From contig JAZNGG010000047.1 of the NCBI GenBank assembly GCA_045576355.1, positions 3,519 to 67,518 of the forward strand: a stretch of 64,000 nucleotides of DNA, read 5' to 3'. Source of the DNA: Bacteroidales bacterium. Lineage in GTDB: Bacteria > Bacteroidota > Bacteroidia > Bacteroidales > UBA3663. How positions within the stretch are numbered: the stretch's first letter is position 1; each line of letters starts with the position of its first letter. The notes beneath the pieces are model-generated. The model was given only the letters and a program-made list of their open reading frames with translations, ran no database searches and was not told the origin of the DNA. A program made the position numbers and the translations under genes. This document shows, piece after piece, positions 44,010-53,667 of the stretch.

Positions 44010-45269
44010 TCAACTCAAGAACGAGATAAGTACACCTGCTGCAACAGCCGAACCAATCACACCGGAAATATTGGATGACATACAATATTGCAAGATGTTA
44101 TTCTTGGGATCTAATTTGGTTGCAATATCATTGGCTACGCGTGATGCCATGGGCACAGCTGAGAGCCCACATGCTCCTACCAATGGATTGATTTTTTTCT
44201 TGGAGAAGCAGTTGAAAAGTTTTACTAATCCGATGCCACCGGCAATACTGATTGCAAACGCGAGGAAACCTCCGACTACGATACCAATAGTTTGCCAATT
44301 GAGGAAAGACTCTGCTGTCATCGTAGCTCCCACACAAAGACCGAGGAAAATGGTGGCAGCATTCATGATGGCATTAGCAGCTGCATCTGCTATGCGGCTT
44401 GTGTTGGTGCCAATCTCCTTGATCAAATTACCAAACATGAGCATGCCGATAAGTGAAACGGCTGACGGCACGATAAGTGCTACGAGGATAGTAACAAAGA
44501 TAGGGAAGATGATTTTAGCAACACGAAGGTTTTTGATCTCTATTTTATTAGGATAGAGTTTTTCCTGCTGCTTCATGTTAATGAGCATCTCTTTCTTTGA
44601 GCAAGTCCATTTTGCCACGAGTGGAACGATAACCGGTACGAGTGCCATGTAACTATAAGCTGCGATGGCAATAGGTCCGAGTAATTCTGGCGCTAACTTT
44701 GTAGTTGTGTAGATGGCTGTCGGACCATCAGCACCTCCGATGATGCCGAGTGATGCAGCTTGTTGTGGAGTAAATTGTCCACTTGCGATAGCTACAAGAA
44801 TCACAGTGAAAATACCGACTTGGGCGGCAGCTCCAAAGATGGCAAGTTTCAAGTTGCGTAGCATGGGACCAAAGTCTGTCATGGCACCTACTCCCATGAA
44901 AATAATAGGAGGAAGGAATCCGGTCTTGATGAGGCCATAGTAGAGCATGTTCATGAGTCCCATCTCATGAGCAATATCGGGTAGAGACATCTCATAGATA
45001 TTTTGACGAACTTGCTCTCCATGAGAGTTGATGAAAGTAACGAAACCTTCAGGGTCTGCTGCGATTACTCCCATCCCTCCACCAGGGAAATTAGCTAAAA
45101 GGACACCCATAGCAATGGGAATGAGGAGAAGAGGCTCAAATTCTTTTTTGATACCCAGGTACAATAATAACAGACCGAGGGCTATCATGACGAGAATATT
45201 CGGATTTTCAGCAATATTGCTGAAAGCGGTCATCTCATAAAGTTTATTTAATACTTCTGAAAAATTCAT
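44010..45269 (-). CDS. oadB: Sodium-translocating decarboxylase beta subunit
   Basis: 419 aa, polytopic. N-terminus ...LVMIALGLLLLYLGIKKEFEPLLLIPIAMGVLLAN is typical of OadB/MmdB/GcdB. Confidence 0.9.
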   Translation of the reverse strand: MNFSEVLNKLYEMTAFSNIAENPNILVMIALGLLLLYLGIKKEFEPLLLIPIAMGVLLANFPGGGMGVIAADPEGFVTFINSHGEQVRQNIYEMSLPDIAHEMGLMNMLYYGLIKTGFLPPIIFMGVGAMTDFGPMLRNLKLAIFGAAAQVGIFTVILVAIASGQFTPQQAASLGIIGGADGPTAIYTTTKLAPELLGPIAIAAYSYMALVPVIVPLVAKWTCSKKEMLINMKQQEKLYPNKIEIKNLRVAKIIFPIFVTILVALIVPSAVSLIGMLMFGNLIKEIGTNTSRIADAAANAIMNAATIFLGLCVGATMTAESFLNWQTIGIVVGGFLAFAISIAGGIGLVKLFNCFSKKKINPLVGACGLSAVPMASRVANDIATKLDPKNNILQYCMSSNISGVIGSAVAAGVLISFLS

Positions 45270-45334
45270 TGTTGTGATGTTTCTGAGTTCTTAGAATGTT
45301 TAATTGTGTTTCTCTCTTTCTTCAGAACTCTTTA

Positions 45335-47173
45335 TTATCCGATTTTGAAGAGAACATCGTCTTCATAAACACTGCTTCCTATGGTAGCGCAGATGGCTGT
45401 AATTGTTCCGTCGCAATCTGCAGTAACAGCATTATAAGTCTTCATTGCCTCGATGTAGCCGAGGGTTTGTCCTTTTTTGACAACGTCTCCAACTTTAATG
45501 GCTGTTTCAGACGCATTCTTAACGAGGAAGAATTTACCTTCGAGCGGAGAGAGGACATCTGCCCCTTCTCCTGCAGGTGCTGCCGGAGCGGCAGAAGCCT
45601 GGGAGGGTGCTGCCTCTTTTCCATCGTTGGGAGCAATGCTTACGCTGTATTTCTCGCCATTAACCTCGATGGTAAGAGTTTGTGCCTTGATTTCTCCGGT
45701 AGCCTGATTCTTTGCGGCTTTCTTGGCTGCAAGATCTGCTTCGAAGTCTGCCTTGGCTTTGCCACTGCGATAGTTCTCATATTGAGGTTCGTGCATAGCA
45801 TACTCAAATAGCTCTTCGTCATCTTGTCCGAAATCCCATCCTTTGTCTTGCATCTTCTGACGATATGTGTCGAGAGCATCCGGATAAGAGTCTTGCGGAT
45901 TTTCGGTTACGAACTGACGACCTTGAGCCTCTGCCAATGCCTTGATCTCAGGAGCAACTTCGCCCGGGAGTTTGCCGGATTTGCCAAGCACCATATTCCA
46001 AATGTCATCGGCTATGATGGACCAGCGCTCTTTACCTTTGAGCATCTGCATAACGTTCATAAGAGCCAAATTCTTTACATATTGGCTGAATGGAGTCACA
46101 AGCGGCGGATAGCCTACTTTAGGCCAAACGTATGCCACCTCATCAAAGAGTTTAATCATCAAGTCTTCTTGAGTAATGGAGGGCTTGCCATTCTTTTCAA
46201 AATAGCGGTTGATGCTTTCGAGGTTGTCTGCCAAATCGTTCATCAGAGAACCCATCATACCTCCGGGAAGACCCGGAGCAATGAGCAAGGAATTCATTAA
46301 GCGGTTACGCTGAGGGATATAGTATCCGAGGAAATCATCCATGAACTCCTGAGTGAGTGAACGAACTTTCATGTATGCCTCCATATTGATTTCCGGCACT
46401 TTGAATCCGGCATCCTTCAGCATGGCTTGTACGGCGAGAACATCCGGATGGCCGGTACCCCATGAGAGAGGCTCCATCCCGACATCAACATAATCACAAC
46501 CGGCCTTACATACCTCTAAGATTGAGGCCATGGCAAAACCGGGACCTGCATGAGAGTGATATTGTACGGGGATTTCTGGATGTTTGGTCTTGATATTTTT
46601 TACAATCTTGCCCAAAGATTCCGGACGACCGATGCCGGCCATGTCCTTAAGACAGATTTCATCAGCACCGGCAGCGATAAGTACTTCGGCAAGGTTGGTA
46701 TAATACTCTACAGTGTGAATAGGAGAGAATGTGATGCAGAGACAGCATTGTGAGATCATGCCACCCTCATGAGCATAGCCAATGGAGGGGATGATGTTAC
46801 GGGTGTCGTTAAGTCCACAGAATGTGCGGGCAATGTCTGTCCCTTGAACATGCTTTACCTTATAGAATAATTTACGGACATCTGCAGGGACCGGATTCAT
46901 GCGAATGCCATTCAATCCACGATCAAGCATGTGGGTCTGGATGCCGGCCTCACGGAACGGACGTGTCCACTCGCGAACTGCTTTATTGGGGTTTTCTCCA
47001 AAAAGAAGGTTTACCTGTTCAAATCCACCACCATTAGTCTCCACTCGTGCAAAGCAACCCATCTTGATAATTTCAGGAGCTACGCGAACTAACTGATCAA
47101 CCCGCGGAACATACTTGCCTGCGGACTGCCACATGTCTCGATAGAGAAGACTGAATTTTACCTCTTTAGCCAT
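45335..47173 (-). CDS. oadA: Oxaloacetate decarboxylase alpha subunit (carboxyltransferase plus biotinyl carrier domain)
   Basis: 612 aa. N-terminal HMGL-like TIM-barrel region, Ala/Pro linker, C-terminal biotinyl domain with the YIEAMKT motif. Confidence 0.85.
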   Translation of the reverse strand: MAKEVKFSLLYRDMWQSAGKYVPRVDQLVRVAPEIIKMGCFARVETNGGGFEQVNLLFGENPNKAVREWTRPFREAGIQTHMLDRGLNGIRMNPVPADVRKLFYKVKHVQGTDIARTFCGLNDTRNIIPSIGYAHEGGMISQCCLCITFSPIHTVEYYTNLAEVLIAAGADEICLKDMAGIGRPESLGKIVKNIKTKHPEIPVQYHSHAGPGFAMASILEVCKAGCDYVDVGMEPLSWGTGHPDVLAVQAMLKDAGFKVPEINMEAYMKVRSLTQEFMDDFLGYYIPQRNRLMNSLLIAPGLPGGMMGSLMNDLADNLESINRYFEKNGKPSITQEDLMIKLFDEVAYVWPKVGYPPLVTPFSQYVKNLALMNVMQMLKGKERWSIIADDIWNMVLGKSGKLPGEVAPEIKALAEAQGRQFVTENPQDSYPDALDTYRQKMQDKGWDFGQDDEELFEYAMHEPQYENYRSGKAKADFEADLAAKKAAKNQATGEIKAQTLTIEVNGEKYSVSIAPNDGKEAAPSQASAAPAAPAGEGADVLSPLEGKFFLVKNASETAIKVGDVVKKGQTLGYIEAMKTYNAVTADCDGTITAICATIGSSVYEDDVLFKIG

Positions 47174-47217
47174 AACAAATTAGGTTTATTGATTTATTAT
47201 TATTTTTTTCTGTAAGA

Positions 47218-47478
47218 TTATTTTTTCTTGATATCCACGACTTTCATGCCGGGGGCTACTTGTGCCATAGCCTTACGGATGGCCTCTGCCACTTGTGGTT
47301 TGATCACCACCGGTGCCACTTGTGGGGCTTTTTTAGGTGCCTCTTCAGGCGCAAACTTGTTGATGAGAATGATCATACCTTTACTGAGGTAGATGATCAG
47401 GATAAGAATGACAAACACCGTGCCCATACCTACGCACATGAGTAGGAGGGCTTGTTGCATTGGAGTCAAATTTTCCAT
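47218..47478 (-). CDS. oadG: Oxaloacetate decarboxylase gamma subunit
   Basis: 86 aa. A single N-terminal TM helix and a Pro/Ala-rich tail. First gene of the gamma-alpha-beta order. Confidence 0.75.
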   Translation of the reverse strand: MENLTPMQQALLLMCVGMGTVFVILILIIYLSKGMIILINKFAPEEAPKKAPQVAPVVIKPQVAEAIRKAMAQVAPGMKVVDIKKK

Positions 47479-47804
47479 AGATTTAATATTTAATGTAATA
47501 TTGCAGATTATACTTATTGGTTGTTTTTACGCATCCGGATAGAGATGACAAACAGATTCCTTAATAATACGAAACTTACCTTGTGTATATCGATTGCGCG
47601 AAAACGCTACAAATTTACGAAAAAAAATAAATGGGTGTCCTCTTTTGGGAGCTTTTTTTATTAAGTATAACATATTTATGAGAGAATTGCGCAATATCTC
47701 TTTCCTAATCTGCACTTTTGGAATGGTAAACGAGAAACTTCATGGCTAAAATAATTAACCAAGTAATATAGTAAAAGATAGAGTATGGGGAGGATTTTTA
47801 GATT

Positions 47805-49187
47805 TTATTTGCCGAGTGTTTTCCACTTTTCACATTGTGAAAGAAGTACTTCTTTTCCATCGGCATCTGTTACAAACGTACTTTCTGAAGGAAGATCTAC
47901 AACCCAATAATCCCCCTCTTTACGGGGAAGTCTGGGGTGCAGATGGGGAAATGCAGAGAGTGCTGAGATGATTTCTCTTTTAAGTTTAGAAAGATTTTGC
48001 GATAGGTGTGTATCAAATCTGATCTCTTCTTCCTCTTCGCTTCCATCCAGCCAATTGATGTATATCTGTCTGAAAATATTATCGATTTTTTTGCGATGTG
48101 CCTCGGTGGGGTAGTGGACGTAGAGAGCACCATCTTTTCCACATAGAGTCTGTCGGATGATGAGCAAATAGAGCGCCATCCGTTTAGGTGGTAAATGAAG
48201 TTCTGCACCGACCTCTGGATATCGGATTACTCTGTGGAGTGTGTCTATAACCATTCGACTATCTTGCTGTTTGCGGAATAGAAAAATATCATAGAGGGTT
48301 TTATAAAATCCAAAATACTTGAATGAGTGCTCTTTATTTGGATAAATGACAGATGGGTTATATCCGGAAAGATGTTTATAACTCTCTAAGAAATTTTTCA
48401 TCTCCTCTTTGAACGTATTTTGGATATCAATGCGGAGAATCTCAGAGAAAAATCGACTTTTCCCATCAGGAAGAGCAGGTGTAAGTGTGGAATAACCAAC
48501 ATTGATTATTAATGCCGGATCTGTTTCCCGGATCCCATAGTAAGACATTGTGTCACTTAAATAATCTTTGCAGAATTTTTGAGATGTTAGGGAGCAGATA
48601 TGCTGATATATCGTAGTGATTTCAGATTCATGAAGCCGAGGAGAAATATAACTGAGTACGTTACACATATATTTCTGAGGCATTGCTCTAAAATCCTGAA
48701 CGAATTGGGGAATGTAGATAAAATCAAAGCCTGCAAGTTTAAAAGTGCTATGTATGCTCTCGATGTTTTGTCCGATGTAGGCATTGAGTTCCTCATCGTA
48801 TTCACTTTCAACATAGATCACATATTGCTCTTTAAAAGTCAAATAATTGGTTTCTATAGAGGTGAGTGCACAATAATCTGCAGTTTCTTTATTCAGACGA
48901 TATTGCAGTGCCAATAATAATAATGCCTCTCGAGGGGAGCTGTTGCCATCGATCATGCATAGTTTACGACAGTCGGTAATCAGCTCTGCTTTACATTCGC
49001 AGTTGTCCAGCATTGAGACAGCAGAGGAAAATGAAATCTCCTGCGCTTTAATTTTGTGTTCTTGAGAGATGGAATATTTTTGAGTTAGCTCATTGAGAAA
49101 ACTGATTTCCTCTTCATCAATGATGCCATCTACTCTGATAAAAACAGTAAACAGATGAGCAATGGCAATGCGTTGGTCGCAAGTCAT
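47805..49187 (-). CDS. TerB-like N-terminal domain protein with a large uncharacterised C-terminal region
   Basis: 460 aa. Two TerB-type helices (FIRVDGIIDEEEISFLNEL; LCMIDGNSSPREALLLLAL). The remaining ~330 aa were not recognised. Its ATG overlaps the upstream stop codon (ATGA, 49184-49187). Confidence 0.6.
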   Translation of the reverse strand: MTCDQRIAIAHLFTVFIRVDGIIDEEEISFLNELTQKYSISQEHKIKAQEISFSSAVSMLDNCECKAELITDCRKLCMIDGNSSPREALLLLALQYRLNKETADYCALTSIETNYLTFKEQYVIYVESEYDEELNAYIGQNIESIHSTFKLAGFDFIYIPQFVQDFRAMPQKYMCNVLSYISPRLHESEITTIYQHICSLTSQKFCKDYLSDTMSYYGIRETDPALIINVGYSTLTPALPDGKSRFFSEILRIDIQNTFKEEMKNFLESYKHLSGYNPSVIYPNKEHSFKYFGFYKTLYDIFLFRKQQDSRMVIDTLHRVIRYPEVGAELHLPPKRMALYLLIIRQTLCGKDGALYVHYPTEAHRKKIDNIFRQIYINWLDGSEEEEEIRFDTHLSQNLSKLKREIISALSAFPHLHPRLPRKEGDYWVVDLPSESTFVTDADGKEVLLSQCEKWKTLGK

Positions 49188-50140
49188 GTTTGTTGGACGT
49201 CTTTAATGGAAATGATTTTGTTTACTATGGCAAAGATGGTAAGTCCGGAAACAGAACGGATGTTGAGTTTTCGAGAAATATTTTTACGGTGAGTTAGCAC
49301 AGTATTTACTGAGATATAGAGCTCGTCTGCGATTTCCTTGTTGGTTTTCCCCTTGACGATCCATCCTACGATTTCTTTTTCTCTTTCACTGAGAATGTCA
49401 GATTTTTCATCCGATGAGGATGAAGGTGTTTTTTCAGTGGTGGGCTGCAAGCGAATTTGTTCTTCTAAAATTTGTATCGCCGGAAGGAAGAGTAAGTCTT
49501 CTACTTCGCAGTGGTTGTGCATGTCTGCCTCACAAGTAAAAATGTCAAAGAGCACGCTGTTAAGTAGTTCTGAATTGCAAGATGATCCTTGATAATATTT
49601 GATGATAAGATTTTTCAATTCTTGTAATTTCTTATCTGTATCATCATGTGTCTTGGAGTAGGTGGTTATGTCAAATTCTTTAGGAATAATCCCTTGCATC
49701 AATTGATCTACATAGGTAAAAAGGTTTTTGTTTTCGAGCAACATGTGTTTTCTGACTTTTCCCATGTATTCATCGTAAAATTTCAGAATTAAGAAAGCCA
49801 CTTCATTTTCAGCAGAGCAGTCAAGAGCTTCGATCAACTTACGTCTGATCTTTGGTAACTGGAAGTCTAAAAAATAACTATGAGCTTGACGCAGATAGGA
49901 AATTAGTCCGGGCACCGAAACTTTATCGATATAGTAAGGAAGCACCTGTCGCCCGTGCTTCATGTAATTGGCAACAGCCAAGAAAGTGAGTGTGTCCACA
50001 TTATTTTCCTCACAGATTTCTTGGACGGTCTTTTCTCCACAACCCAAGGGAATACCGAAACGACACATCATCTGAAGTAAGTGAAATTCATCACTGATTA
50101 TGTCGCAGATTTTATCGGTTTGTTTATATGTTGATGCCAT
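49184..50140 (-). CDS. Transcription factor: RIC/YtfE-like (ScdA_N plus di-iron hemerythrin-like) sensor domain fused to a LuxR/GerE-type HTH
   Basis: 318 aa. RFGIPLGCGEKTVQEICEENNVD matches the ScdA_N pattern FGIDFCCGG..TL.EAC. His/Glu ligand positions align with YtfE: AHSYF, KHMLLEN..LF, KTHDD, HNHCEVEDLLFLP. The C-terminal EREKEIVGWIVKGKTNKEIADELYISVNTVLTHRKNISRKL is a LuxR HTH. Confidence 0.75.
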   Translation of the reverse strand: MASTYKQTDKICDIISDEFHLLQMMCRFGIPLGCGEKTVQEICEENNVDTLTFLAVANYMKHGRQVLPYYIDKVSVPGLISYLRQAHSYFLDFQLPKIRRKLIEALDCSAENEVAFLILKFYDEYMGKVRKHMLLENKNLFTYVDQLMQGIIPKEFDITTYSKTHDDTDKKLQELKNLIIKYYQGSSCNSELLNSVLFDIFTCEADMHNHCEVEDLLFLPAIQILEEQIRLQPTTEKTPSSSSDEKSDILSEREKEIVGWIVKGKTNKEIADELYISVNTVLTHRKNISRKLNIRSVSGLTIFAIVNKIISIKDVQQT

Positions 50141-50161
50141 AATCGTATGGTTTTATGCTGG

Positions 50162-50191
50162 CAAAGATAACAAAAATTCTGAATTGTTATC
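50162..50191 (-). promoter_or_regulatory. -7 box TAtcTTTG (minus strand) overlapped by an inverted repeat; candidate operator or chrA terminator
   Basis: Plus-strand caaagata at 50162-50169, 22 bp from the ATG (50140). gataacaa (50166-50173) pairs with ttgttatc (50184-50191), with an inner aattc/gaatt dyad. Confidence 0.55.
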
Positions 50192-50214
50192 ATTTTTAAA
50201 CCCAAACTTTCTTA

Positions 50215-50835
50215 CTATAACAATGGTAAACCGTAAATCAAAAAGCCTGCTACTCCAGACATGCAGATGGTGTAAATGAGATTCCATTTATAGTGACGAG
50301 ACCCCAAAAACACGATAATAAATATCAGTATGCTGATGGCAAATTGTAGAGGACTATCTTTTATATTTCCAAAATTAGCAGAGGTCATCAAAGACAATGA
50401 GGCAGCTGCAATCAGACCAATGATGGCGGGACGTAAAAAACTGAATATTGTACGGCTGATAAGATCGTTTTTGTGCTTGAGTATGAATTTACTGATGGCA
50501 ATCATCAGCATAAAAGGAAGCCATAATACAGATAGGGTGGCAATGACCGACCCCAACACCCCCATGGCAGAGAGTAAAGTGGGAGAGGAGGCAAATAAGT
50601 CTTGCATATAGGGATCATTGATAACTGATGTATAACCGACATAAGTAGCAGCATTGATTCCGATAGGTCCCGGTGTCATTTGTGATATGGCGACGATGTC
50701 AGTAAATTCTGACTCAGATATCCAGCCGTTTTTATTCACCACTTCATTTTGGATAAAAGAGAGCATGGCATATCCTCCTCCAAAATTGAATATGCCGATT
50801 TTGCTGAAGACTAAAAATAGTTTTAAAAGTATCAT
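50215..50835 (-). CDS. chrA: Chromate transporter (CHR family) half-protein, C-terminal partner
   Basis: 206 aa. FGGGYAMLSFIQNEVV...WISESEF motif. Overlaps the upstream half by 4 bp. Confidence 0.8.
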   Translation of the reverse strand: MILLKLFLVFSKIGIFNFGGGYAMLSFIQNEVVNKNGWISESEFTDIVAISQMTPGPIGINAATYVGYTSVINDPYMQDLFASSPTLLSAMGVLGSVIATLSVLWLPFMLMIAISKFILKHKNDLISRTIFSFLRPAIIGLIAAASLSLMTSANFGNIKDSPLQFAISILIFIIVFLGSRHYKWNLIYTICMSGVAGFLIYGLPLL

Positions 50836-51404
50836 TCTTTCTCTCTCTGATTAGTATTATTTTTGTCTTTCATTTTGAGATATCTTCCATAAAAGAACCC
50901 TCCTATACCGGCTGAAGCAATGATCCACACCGGAGAGACTCCGAGTAAAACAATCAGTAGTGTAGCTATGATGGGTATCCAAATGGTGTAGCGAGTAAGT
51001 TGTGCAGTCTTTGCCAGACTGAAAACCGGAAGGGCAATGAGGGCAACGACAGCCGGGCGAATTCCTTTAAAGATCGCTTCTATATAGGGGTTGTTCTTAT
51101 ATCGAGTGAATATTCCTGCTATTAGGAGAATAATGATTAAAGAGGGAAGAATGTTACCTAAAGTGGCATAAATAGCCCCTCTTATACCGGCTATCTTGTA
51201 TCCGATATGACTTGCCATATTGATGGCAAAAACACCCGGCATAGCTTGTGAAACAGCTAAGATATCGAGGAACTCTTTTTGATTGAGCCAACCTTTTCTT
51301 TGTACAATCTCTTTCTCCATCAAAGGGATCATGGCTGCACCTCCTCCGATGGTAAATCCTCCAATCTTTAGAAACGAGATAAAAAGTTGTTTGTTGATAT
51401 TCAT
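50832..51404 (-). CDS. chrA: Chromate transporter (CHR family) half-protein, N-terminal partner
   Basis: 190 aa, with the motif GGFTIGGGAAMIPLMEKEIVQRKGWL. Confidence 0.8.
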   Translation of the reverse strand: MNINKQLFISFLKIGGFTIGGGAAMIPLMEKEIVQRKGWLNQKEFLDILAVSQAMPGVFAINMASHIGYKIAGIRGAIYATLGNILPSLIIILLIAGIFTRYKNNPYIEAIFKGIRPAVVALIALPVFSLAKTAQLTRYTIWIPIIATLLIVLLGVSPVWIIASAGIGGFFYGRYLKMKDKNNTNQREKE

Positions 51405-51495
51405 TCTCCTGTTTTACTTGGCTGAGTAAGATCTTTTATTAGATAAACTTCTATGTCGGTTTTGCTCAAATTGTTTGTATATCAGCGAAATATAA

Positions 51496-51542
51496 AACGG
51501 AAAACTGAGTTATGTACGTAGCATAGTTTTCAGTCTTCCGTT
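51496..51542 (-). terminator. metG terminator (minus strand)
   Basis: aacggaaaactga (51496-51508) pairs with tcagtcttccgtt (51530-51542) with 1 mismatch, flanked by A- and T-runs. Confidence 0.7.
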
Positions 51543-51557
51543 TTCTTTATTTTGTTT

Positions 51558-53621
51558 TTATTTCACTTCCGATCCGGGTTTAACGTCATGTTCGGTAGTG
51601 ATGACGGAGAGAGAACCATCGAAATTTTCAGCAGAGAGAATCATGCCCTGGCTTTCTATGCCTTTAAGTTTTCGTGGAGGAAGATTTGCAATAAAGCAAA
51701 TTTGTTTTCCAACCAAAGTCTCCGGTTCATAATATTTAGCTATACCGCTCACAATGGTTCGCGGAGTGCCACTTCCATCATCGATTGTAAATTTAAGAAG
51801 TTTGTCTGCTTTCGGCACTTTTACACATTCGATGACATTACCTACGCGGATATCAAGTTTCATAAAGTCATCAAATGAGCAATCTTGCGCAATGGGTTTA
51901 GCTTTGTAAGCCGCTTCTTCGTTTGCTTTTTTGATGGCTTCCAGTTTCTTAAGTTGCCCGTCGATAACTTCGTCTTCGATCTTCTCAAAGAGTAATTCGG
52001 AAGCACCTAAGCTATGTCCGACGGGAAGAAGATCGGTTTTGCCCAAATCGTTCCACTCGAAGGATTCCATCTGCAACATATTACGTAGTTTTTGTGCGCT
52101 GAATGGGAGGAACGGTTCAAATGCAATAGCGAGATTGGCAGAAATCTGCAAGGATAGATTCAAGATGGTTCCAACCCGCTCCATGTCTGTTTTTGCCAAT
52201 TTCCAAGGCTCTGTCTCGGCTAAATATTTGTTGCCGATACGAGCCAGATTCATGGCTTCTTTTTGTGCATCTCTGAACTTGAAGTTGTTTAAAAGTTCTT
52301 CTACCTGCTTTTTGATGTCTTCAAATTCGCGTAATGTCTCCTGGTCGTAGTCAGTCAAGACGCCAACAGAAGGTACTTTCCCATCAAAATATTTTTCGGT
52401 AAGCTTCATAGCTCGATTGATGAAGTTTCCGAAAACTGCAACTAACTCATTATTGTTGCGTGCCTGAAAATCTTTCCACAAGAAGTCGTTGTCTTTGGTT
52501 TCCGGAGCATTGGCAGTGAGGACGTAACGGAGGACGTCTTGCTTGCCGGGAAATTCTTCAAGATATTCATGCAGCCATACTGCCCAATTGCGTGAGGTAG
52601 AAATTTTGTCCCCCTCCAAATTTAGGAATTCGTTACTTGGAACATTGTCCGGGAGGATGAAACTACCTTCCGCTTTGAGCATTGCGGGGAAGACAATACA
52701 GTGGAAAACAATGTTGTCTTTACCAATGAAGTGGATGAGTCGGGTATCCTCATCTTTCCACCAAGTCTCCCATGCTCCGGCTTCCGGATGACTATCGCAA
52801 TATTCTTTAGTATTAGAGATGTAACCTATCGGAGCATCAAACCATACATAAAGGACTTTTCCTTCGCCCCCTTCCACCGGTACAGGGATGCCCCAATCGA
52901 GGTCGCGGCTTACTGCTCGAGGCTGCAGATGCATATCCAGCCAACTTTTGCATTGCCCATATACATTGGGACGCCATTCCTTATGATCCTCCAGAATCCA
53001 TTGGCTCAACCACTCCTCATGTTTGTCTAAGGGGAGATACCAATGTTTGGTCATCCGTTTTACTGGCTTCGAGCCCGATAATTTACTGACCGGGTTGATC
53101 AATTCTTCAGGCGAGAGAGTTGATCCGCATTTTTCACACTGATCTCCATAAGCTCCCTCTGCATGACATCTGGGACATTCGCCGACAATATAACGATCTG
53201 CCAAAAACTGTTTTGCTTCCTCATCATAATATTGCTCACTCTCTTTTACGATGAGTTGGTCATTGTCATGGAGTTTTTTGAAGAAGTCGCTGGCCACTTG
53301 TGCATGAGTTTGGGATGTGGTGCGTGAATATATGTCGAATGATATGCCAAACTCTTCGAAAGACTTTTTGATAATGCCATGATAGCGATCGACAATGTCT
53401 TGCGGTGTACAACCTTCTTTGCGTGCACGAACGGTGATCGGAACACCATGTTCATCAGAGCCTCCAATAAAGAGTACATCTTGTTTTTTCAGACGGAGAT
53501 ATCGAACATAGATGTCTGCCGGTACATAGACACCTGCCATGTGTCCGATATGGACAGGACCATTGGCATAAGGCAATGCTGTGGTGACAAGTGAACGTTT
53601 GAATTTCTTTGTTTCTGTCAT
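51558..53621 (-). CDS. metG: Methionyl-tRNA synthetase with a C-terminal tRNA-binding (EMAP-like) domain
   Basis: 687 aa. HIGH motif (PVHIGHMAG), zinc knuckle [23 protein letters not shown]-type KISTSR, C-terminal [23 protein letters not shown]. Confidence 0.95.
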   Translation of the reverse strand: MTETKKFKRSLVTTALPYANGPVHIGHMAGVYVPADIYVRYLRLKKQDVLFIGGSDEHGVPITVRARKEGCTPQDIVDRYHGIIKKSFEEFGISFDIYSRTTSQTHAQVASDFFKKLHDNDQLIVKESEQYYDEEAKQFLADRYIVGECPRCHAEGAYGDQCEKCGSTLSPEELINPVSKLSGSKPVKRMTKHWYLPLDKHEEWLSQWILEDHKEWRPNVYGQCKSWLDMHLQPRAVSRDLDWGIPVPVEGGEGKVLYVWFDAPIGYISNTKEYCDSHPEAGAWETWWKDEDTRLIHFIGKDNIVFHCIVFPAMLKAEGSFILPDNVPSNEFLNLEGDKISTSRNWAVWLHEYLEEFPGKQDVLRYVLTANAPETKDNDFLWKDFQARNNNELVAVFGNFINRAMKLTEKYFDGKVPSVGVLTDYDQETLREFEDIKKQVEELLNNFKFRDAQKEAMNLARIGNKYLAETEPWKLAKTDMERVGTILNLSLQISANLAIAFEPFLPFSAQKLRNMLQMESFEWNDLGKTDLLPVGHSLGASELLFEKIEDEVIDGQLKKLEAIKKANEEAAYKAKPIAQDCSFDDFMKLDIRVGNVIECVKVPKADKLLKFTIDDGSGTPRTIVSGIAKYYEPETLVGKQICFIANLPPRKLKGIESQGMILSAENFDGSLSVITTEHDVKPGSEVK

Positions 53622-53667
53622 ATTATGTCGAGGATTTATTTATGAATATTTAACTGAATTGTCTTTT

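Noticed and set aside
45296-46300. Plus-strand ORFs of 171 aa and 158 aa.
   Set aside because: Both are antisense to oadA. No recognisable domains.
44010-47478. oadGAB as something unusual.
   Set aside because: It has the canonical gamma-alpha-beta order and motifs of Na+-translocating oxaloacetate decarboxylase, which is ordinary for anaerobic Bacteroidales.
51552-51878. 108-aa plus-strand ORF and other plus-strand ORFs within 51558-53621.
   Set aside because: All are antisense to metG.
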